Shown here piece after piece: positions 58,813 through 64,000 of a DNA stretch of 64,000 nucleotides. The stretch is taken from the NCBI GenBank assembly GCA_049320885.1, contig JBMORA010000043.1, positions 9,354 through 73,353 of the forward strand, read 5' to 3'. The translations under genes were made by a program, and so were the position numbers. Each line of letters begins with the position of its first letter. The first letter of the stretch is position 1. Origin of the DNA: Thermodesulfobacteriota bacterium (GTDB lineage Bacteria; Desulfobacterota; Desulfobacteria; Desulfobacterales; SURF-7). The notes beneath the pieces were generated by a model, which was not told the DNA's origin, searched no databases, and saw nothing but the letters and a program-made list of their open reading frames with translations.

Positions 58813-59628
58813 ATGGACTATTTCCTGAACATCGCCCTGATCGCCATCGGCGCCGCCTTGATCAACAATTTCGTGCTGTATTATTTTGTCGGCATCTGTT
58901 CCTTCATCGGCGTTTCCAAAAAAACAGATACCGCGCTCGGGATGGGCTTTGCCGTGACCTTCGTGATCACCATCGCCGCTTTTCTGAGCTGGACCATCAC
59001 CGCCATGATCCTGGTTCCCGGAGCCCCGGTGACCCGCTGGATCGCCGGATTTTTCCTGGAACCTTCGGCGGCCGGGCGGATCGATCTCACGATCCTGAGT
59101 TATCTTGTCTATATCCTGGCCATCGCCGCGTCGGTGCAGTTTGTCGAAATGTATGTGCGCAAGTTCTTTCCGCCGCTCTATAAGGCTTTCGGCGTTTTTC
59201 TGCCCCTCATCACCACCAACTGCGCCATCCTGTTCGCTTGCCTGACCATCATGAGTCATGTGGTCGGCGTGGATGATCCGGCGGACCGCTGGGGCTTGGT
59301 GGAGTCCCTGACCCTGGCCGCGTTCGGCGGGATCGGCTACACCATCGCCATCGTCATCATGGCCGGAATCCGGGAGGAACTGGAATTCTGCGATATTCCG
59401 GCGCCGTTTCGCGGGGCCGCCGTCACCCTGGTGGTGTCCGGCATCCTGGCCATGGCCTTCATGGGGTTCACCGGCGTGGATTCGGGCTTGAAAAACGCCC
59501 TGCAACCCAAGCGGGAAGAACCGGGGAAAGCCGCCGCGGCCCTTATCCGGCCCGTGAATAGCCATCCGGACCGGACCATGCAGCAAGACCATGCGTCCCA
59601 TACCCGTATGCAAAGGAGTTTGCCATGA
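58813..59628 (+). CDS. rnfA: Rnf complex subunit A (extended)
   Basis: [35 protein letters not shown]; 271 aa. Confidence 0.93.
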   Translation: MDYFLNIALIAIGAALINNFVLYYFVGICSFIGVSKKTDTALGMGFAVTFVITIAAFLSWTITAMILVPGAPVTRWIAGFFLEPSAAGRIDLTILSYLVYILAIAASVQFVEMYVRKFFPPLYKAFGVFLPLITTNCAILFACLTIMSHVVGVDDPADRWGLVESLTLAAFGGIGYTIAIVIMAGIREELEFCDIPAPFRGAAVTLVVSGILAMAFMGFTGVDSGLKNALQPKREEPGKAAAALIRPVNSHPDRTMQQDHASHTRMQRSLP

Positions 59629-60533
59629 CCTGGATCACCATCCTTTTGGCCCTGTCGCTGATGACCGTCATGGCGGTGGTCTTTTCCTTCATCCTGGGCT
59701 GGGCCGACAAGGCCTTTCGCGTGGAAACCGATCCGCGGTTCGAGCTGGTGGGAGCGGCCCTGCCGGGCGCCAACTGCGGCGGCTGCGGGTATGTCGGCTG
59801 CAATGAATACGCGGAAGCCGTGATCGCCGGCGAACTCGTCAACAAATGCGTGGTGGGCGGGGCCGGCTGCGCCGCGGCCCTGGCCGACATCATGGGGCTG
59901 AAAGCGGACGCCTCCCTGCCCTACCGGCCCATTGTGCATTGCGGGGCGAGGCTGTCGGACCGGCTGGGCCGCAATCCCTATTTCGGCGAGCAGCGCTGCG
60001 CTGCGGCCAATATCGTCGCCGATGTCCAGGGCTGCACCTTCGGTTGCCTGGGATTCGGCGACTGCCAAAAAGCCTGCAACTACGACGCCATCCACGTCAT
60101 CGACGGCCTTGCGACCGTGGACTATGAAAAATGCGTCGGCTGCGGGGCCTGCGCCAAGGCCTGCCCCCGCAACATCATCACCATCACGCCTTTCAAGGCC
60201 CAACGCATGCTGGCGGTCACCTGCTCCAACAAGGACGCCGGCAAGGACGTCATGAAGGTCTGCAACGTCGGCTGCGTGGGCTGCGGCTCCTGCGCCCGCA
60301 TCTCGAGCCTGTTCACCATCGAGAACAATTTGTCGACCATCAACTACGAGGCCTACACGCCGGAGTGCAGCCTGGAGGTCATGGAGGCCTGTGAAAAATG
60401 CCCCCGAAAACGGCTGGTCTTCGTCGGCATTCCGTCAAAGGGGGACCTGGAGGCTGTCAAGGACGAACCGGCCCTGGAAGTTGTCGAGCCGGATTTCAAG
60501 ACCACGGTGGACGATACCGAATGGCGGGGATAG
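59625..60533 (+). CDS. rnfB: Rnf complex subunit B
   Basis: [41 protein letters not shown]. Confidence 0.95.
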   Translation: MTWITILLALSLMTVMAVVFSFILGWADKAFRVETDPRFELVGAALPGANCGGCGYVGCNEYAEAVIAGELVNKCVVGGAGCAAALADIMGLKADASLPYRPIVHCGARLSDRLGRNPYFGEQRCAAANIVADVQGCTFGCLGFGDCQKACNYDAIHVIDGLATVDYEKCVGCGACAKACPRNIITITPFKAQRMLAVTCSNKDAGKDVMKVCNVGCVGCGSCARISSLFTIENNLSTINYEAYTPECSLEVMEACEKCPRKRLVFVGIPSKGDLEAVKDEPALEVVEPDFKTTVDDTEWRG

Positions 60534-60549
60534 ATTCCCGGAGCGGTTG

Positions 60550-61983
60550 TCAGAAATACGCCGGCAAGCCTGCGGGGATGAATTCGAAGCGGCCGAACCC
60601 GCTGTTCCGTTTTTCCGCGCCGGTGCGGGCCTCGGCGGAACCGCGGATCACCGCATCCTCGAACAGAAACCGCCCTTCCGGGTCCAGTCGCAGACTGGGG
60701 CAGCGCAGCTGCCGCTCCACCACGGCGGTTTTGTCGGGATGGAGCCGGATTTCCTTGAAGGCGTGCCGGTAGCTGACATGCGGGCTCAGCACCGCCTCGG
60801 AATAACCCAGCTGCAGCTCGCAGGCGGTGAAATCCAAAAGGGGCCATAACTCCGGATGGAAATACAGGCAGGTCTTGTTGCCGGACAGATTCCACAGGCG
60901 GCTCTCCACCCCCCGGGCATCCAATTCCGCCGCCTGCCGCTCCAGGACCGCCGGTTCTCCGACTGCCGCCATGGCGCGGATGTAACCGCTTTCCGTGAGC
61001 GCTTCGTGGTCCTTCATGACATGCCGCGCGCCGCGTTTCCGGGCCGCGGCCCCCTGGTAATAATGCTTGTACACATAGGAGCAGTAGTTGATGGGCAACC
61101 CCACGTTTTTTTCGAGGGCCGACCGCATCAGGCCCAGGACCATCAGTTCCGATTCCAGCACCGTCACCTTTTCCCCGTGCAGAAACGTGTAAGGGCGGCC
61201 CTTCAATTGCTCGAAATTGTGGGGGGTCAGACGCAACTGGTGCAGGTTGAGGTGGTTCACGCCCGCGTCGAAAAGGACGGGCAGCAGTTCCGCGACTCTT
61301 TCCCGATCCTCGGGAATGGCGGGGATTTCCACGGTCACGCAGGGAATCCTTCCTGCGGCCAGCTCCAATTTCCCCAGATCATACTCCCTGGCGCTGATAT
61401 CGAAGCGCATTTCGTTCAGGCCCGCGTCCTGTAATTGCGCGACGATCTCCGGGGTAAGCAGGGCCCCGTTGGTGTACAGCCAGAGATGCAAGCGGTCTCC
61501 CGCTGTCCGGCGCACCGCATTCATGTAGCTCACCGTCCGCTCGAGGGTCAGCAGGGGCTCCCCGCCGCTGATGCTGACGCCGGCAAAACCGAAATGCCGG
61601 ATGTATTCGGCATATTCTTGCGGCTGGCGGAAGGCAATGCGGTTGGTGGTGGGGACACTGAGATCGTCCTGGGCCGTGGGGCAATAGAAGCAGCGGCAGT
61701 TGCATTTGCCGTTGATGAACAGGCAGGACCAGCCGCCTTGGCCGCAGGCGGCGCAGCCGGGCGAAAGGAGGCCCAGGGCCAGCTTGGTCCCCTGATGCAG
61801 GGTTGCGACGGACCGGTTTATTTCCGCCAGGCAGCTCGCCCGCTCGCTTTCCGCCTCCATGGCCCGTGCTTCGGTGATCCAGTTCAGCTCCATCCAGCGG
61901 CCCTCGTATTCCGCCTGGTTGGCCGCAACCATCCGGCCCCGGATGTCTTCCGGCAACGATTTGTGAACGGCCGACTCTTTCAT
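60550..61983 (-). CDS. Radical SAM protein
   Basis: CNCRCFYC, SGGEPL, YTNG, and an extra SPGCAAC motif. The start is uncertain (61983 or 62067). Confidence 0.88.
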   Translation of the reverse strand: MKESAVHKSLPEDIRGRMVAANQAEYEGRWMELNWITEARAMEAESERASCLAEINRSVATLHQGTKLALGLLSPGCAACGQGGWSCLFINGKCNCRCFYCPTAQDDLSVPTTNRIAFRQPQEYAEYIRHFGFAGVSISGGEPLLTLERTVSYMNAVRRTAGDRLHLWLYTNGALLTPEIVAQLQDAGLNEMRFDISAREYDLGKLELAAGRIPCVTVEIPAIPEDRERVAELLPVLFDAGVNHLNLHQLRLTPHNFEQLKGRPYTFLHGEKVTVLESELMVLGLMRSALEKNVGLPINYCSYVYKHYYQGAAARKRGARHVMKDHEALTESGYIRAMAAVGEPAVLERQAAELDARGVESRLWNLSGNKTCLYFHPELWPLLDFTACELQLGYSEAVLSPHVSYRHAFKEIRLHPDKTAVVERQLRCPSLRLDPEGRFLFEDAVIRGSAEARTGAEKRNSGFGRFEFIPAGLPAYF

Positions 61984-62182
61984 TTGATCTTGATCCGTAT
62001 GGTTATCTGGTCTTTCGCCGGTAGTTGCAGCCGAACTCTCCCGCGGCCTTTTCCAATCTCTTGTCAAATGTCCAAAGGGTAACTTCCGTCAAGAGTGCGG
62101 AGGACAGAAGATGGACATCCACGTAACCTAGCCCCTTTCCCATAATATTGCGGGATTCAATGAAGTCGTCTTGGAGTTGTCT

Positions 62183-62701
62183 TTATCCCATCATTTCGTC
62201 CAATAGGTTCCATGGCAACATCAATTTCATCGGGTGGCCAGGAAGTTCTTTAAAATCATAATGTTGGTAGAATCCTTTTGCAGTCGAGGTCGCACAATCC
62301 AACAATACCGCCACGAAAGGCATGATATGCCCGGTGTGGTGGCAGTCAGCAAGCGCCTGCGCCAGCAAGCGCTCGCCAAAACCTTTCCCCTGAAAGCGCC
62401 GGTCCACCCCCAACCAGGCCAAAGTGACGATGGGCATCATTGTGTCGGGTAGTTTGCGGGCCATATCCGGAGGGAGTTCATCAAAATTCACTTGCCCCAT
62501 TGCCAGTGTATAATAGCCGACAATAATATCAGGTTCTTTGATTAACATCCTGGTAACGGACAATCGTTTTTCCTGGGCCTGCCGCGCATGTTTTTTTAGC
62601 CAATCATCGACCCCATCAGCGCCGCTGCAAAACGCAGCGCGTTTGTGTGATTTTTCTAGCTGTTGGATGGAATAACCATGGGGCCACTGAACCGGCATCA
62701 C
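62183..62701 (-). CDS. GNAT acetyltransferase toxin (TacT/AtaT-like)
   Basis: H.RAAFCSG, GYYTL, LAWLGVDRRFQGKGFGERLL, FYQHYDF; overlaps the antitoxin stop. Confidence 0.85.
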   Translation of the reverse strand: MMPVQWPHGYSIQQLEKSHKRAAFCSGADGVDDWLKKHARQAQEKRLSVTRMLIKEPDIIVGYYTLAMGQVNFDELPPDMARKLPDTMMPIVTLAWLGVDRRFQGKGFGERLLAQALADCHHTGHIMPFVAVLLDCATSTAKGFYQHYDFKELPGHPMKLMLPWNLLDEMMG

Positions 62702-62973
62702 CGATCCCCGCGCATGATTTCCCCGAGCCTTTGCTGGGCTTTTGTTGGTTTTCCCGTGGCCTGAAGCGCCAACCAGAATCTTTCCTGTTCATCGGCGGTC
62801 ATCTGGAGAACCTGATTTTTGGCCTGCTCAACCTCCCGGTTTGCTGTGGGGACCAACACCAGACGGACATAATCGGACAAGCCTACATGCCGTAACTTCG
62901 CCGCTTGTGTTACGATATGTTTGCTTCTGGAGTCTAACCGGACCTGCAGGGTCGTCGTCGCTGTTTCTGTCAT
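62698..62973 (-). CDS. DUF1778 ribbon-helix-helix antitoxin
   Basis: 91 aa; LQVRL, AA....LSDYV, F..AL; directly upstream of the GNAT gene; GGAGG RBS. Confidence 0.85.
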   Translation of the reverse strand: MTETATTTLQVRLDSRSKHIVTQAAKLRHVGLSDYVRLVLVPTANREVEQAKNQVLQMTADEQERFWLALQATGKPTKAQQRLGEIMRGDR

Positions 62974-62990
62974 AATTCACCTCCATGAGG

Positions 62991-63019
62991 AATGTACTGC
63001 ACTCTGCATGCACTGTCAA
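62991..63019 (-). promoter_or_regulatory. Sigma70 promoter of the toxin-antitoxin operon
   Basis: TTGACA (63019-63014), 17-bp spacer, TACATT (62996-62991); TGCA repeats in the spacer. Confidence 0.75.
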
Positions 63020-63172
63020 TTGCATTTTAGGTCAAATGCATAGTCTGATGAGGTTCTCTTTCTGGCTGCCGGCGATGGGTTCTTCTGTAAAAGCCGGATA
63101 GACCACACAACCAATTGACAACATACATTTCTTATGTTATTTTTTTGGCCAAAATAGGGGTTTCTTTTAACC

Positions 63173-64000
63173 ATGATTGAGAGATTTTCCGATATATTTC
63201 TACGAGACTGGTACCATAAAAACCGCCGGAAACCGCTGGTGATCAGAGGAGCCCGTCAGGTCGGCAAATCAACGCTGGTGCGTCGTTTTGTCCACAACCA
63301 GGGGTTGAAGCTCCATGAAATCAACTTGGAACAGCACCTGTTCCTTAACGATGTCTTTGCAACCTTGGATATCGATGTCATTATCCGTGAGCTGAGTGCC
63401 CTGACCGGTGGAAATATTCTATCGCAAGATGCAGTTTTGTTTCTGGACGAAATTCAGGCGACCCCCCATGCGATACAAGCGCTGCGGTATTTTTATGAAA
63501 AAAGGCCGGAATTGCCGGTCATTTCCGCTGGCTCTCTGATGGAGTTCGCCTTGTCTGAGCTTACTTTTTCCATGCCGGTGGGGAGGATTGAATATTATCA
63601 TTTGGGGCCGATTACTTTTAATGAATTCCTGCAGGCAGTCGATCCCGGCCTTGTGACCTACTGCACAGGCTTTCATATCGGTCAATCCATACCCTTGGCG
63701 GCTCATCGCCAGTTGATCAAACGTCAGCGGGAGTATTTGTTTGTGGGCGGCATGCCGGAAGCCGTCCAGGTTTATGCGGAAGCCAATGCTTTGGGTGAAG
63801 TGACGGCTGTTCACCGTTCCATTACAGAGACCTATCAAGACGACTTTTCAAAGTATGCCGGCAAAAAAGATCTAGCGTTGATGCAACGGGTGTTCCGGCA
63901 AATCCCGAGAATGATCGGGCAAAAGGTCAAATACAGCAATATTTCAAAAGAAAACAAATCCAGAGAGGTAAAAGCCGTTATCGACCGACTGATCAAAGCC
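63173..64000 (+). CDS. AAA ATPase (AAA_14/DUF4143 family), 3' truncated by the window edge; absent from the ORF track
   Basis: Read directly from ATG 63173: MIERF...RKPLVIRGARQVGKST, LFLDEIQA, AGSL, PVGR, VGGMPEAV. Open to the window end. Confidence 0.88.
   Translation, partial: MIERFSDIFLRDWYHKNRRKPLVIRGARQVGKSTLVRRFVHNQGLKLHEINLEQHLFLNDVFATLDIDVIIRELSALTGGNILSQDAVLFLDEIQATPHAIQALRYFYEKRPELPVISAGSLMEFALSELTFSMPVGRIEYYHLGPITFNEFLQAVDPGLVTYCTGFHIGQSIPLAAHRQLIKRQREYLFVGGMPEAVQVYAEANALGEVTAVHRSITETYQDDFSKYAGKKDLALMQRVFRQIPRMIGQKVKYSNISKENKSREVKAVIDRLIKA

Noticed and set aside
1..64000. CRISPR arrays, tRNA/rRNA genes, IS elements, inteins
   Set aside because: By eye I found no regularly spaced repeats, cloverleafs, transposase or integrase motifs, or intein insertions. 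Short RNAs could have been missed without a covariance search.

Overview
This GC-rich chromosomal window looks like a sulfate-reducing deltaproteobacterium of the Desulfobacterales type. That is an inference from gene order (split atpZIBE; rpsF-rpsR-DUF2232-rplI-dnaB), hdrBC, rnf and a dnaA paralog. 1-9.9 kb is the 3' part of a PUFA-synthase-like (pfa) cluster, followed by an atypical membrane kinase. 12.7-30.5 kb is mostly housekeeping: pgeF, pyrK, F0 atp genes, uvrA, pdxA, a divergent dnaA, glcD, suhB, hflX, dnaB and r-proteins with an S6:S18 leader. 30.6-47 kb is accessory: FadR plus an alkyl-DHAP-synthase-like gene, a VCBS protein plus a C39 pseudo-peptidase, sensor kinases, a selenoprotein missed by the ORF track (in-frame UGA plus SECIS-like hairpin), and metY. 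46.5-60.5 kb is a redox/energy block: CBS/HPP, thioredoxin, polyferredoxin, a two-CW/cNMP/kinase/PP2C fusion, hemerythrin, hdrCB and rnfCDGEAB. Several of its promoter regions carry TTGAC-N4-GTCAA (FNR/HcpR-type) palindromes. The window ends with a radical SAM gene, a DUF1778-GNAT toxin-antitoxin pair and a partial AAA ATPase. I saw no rRNA, tRNA, CRISPR array or transposase. All calls come from reading motifs by eye; no searches were run.
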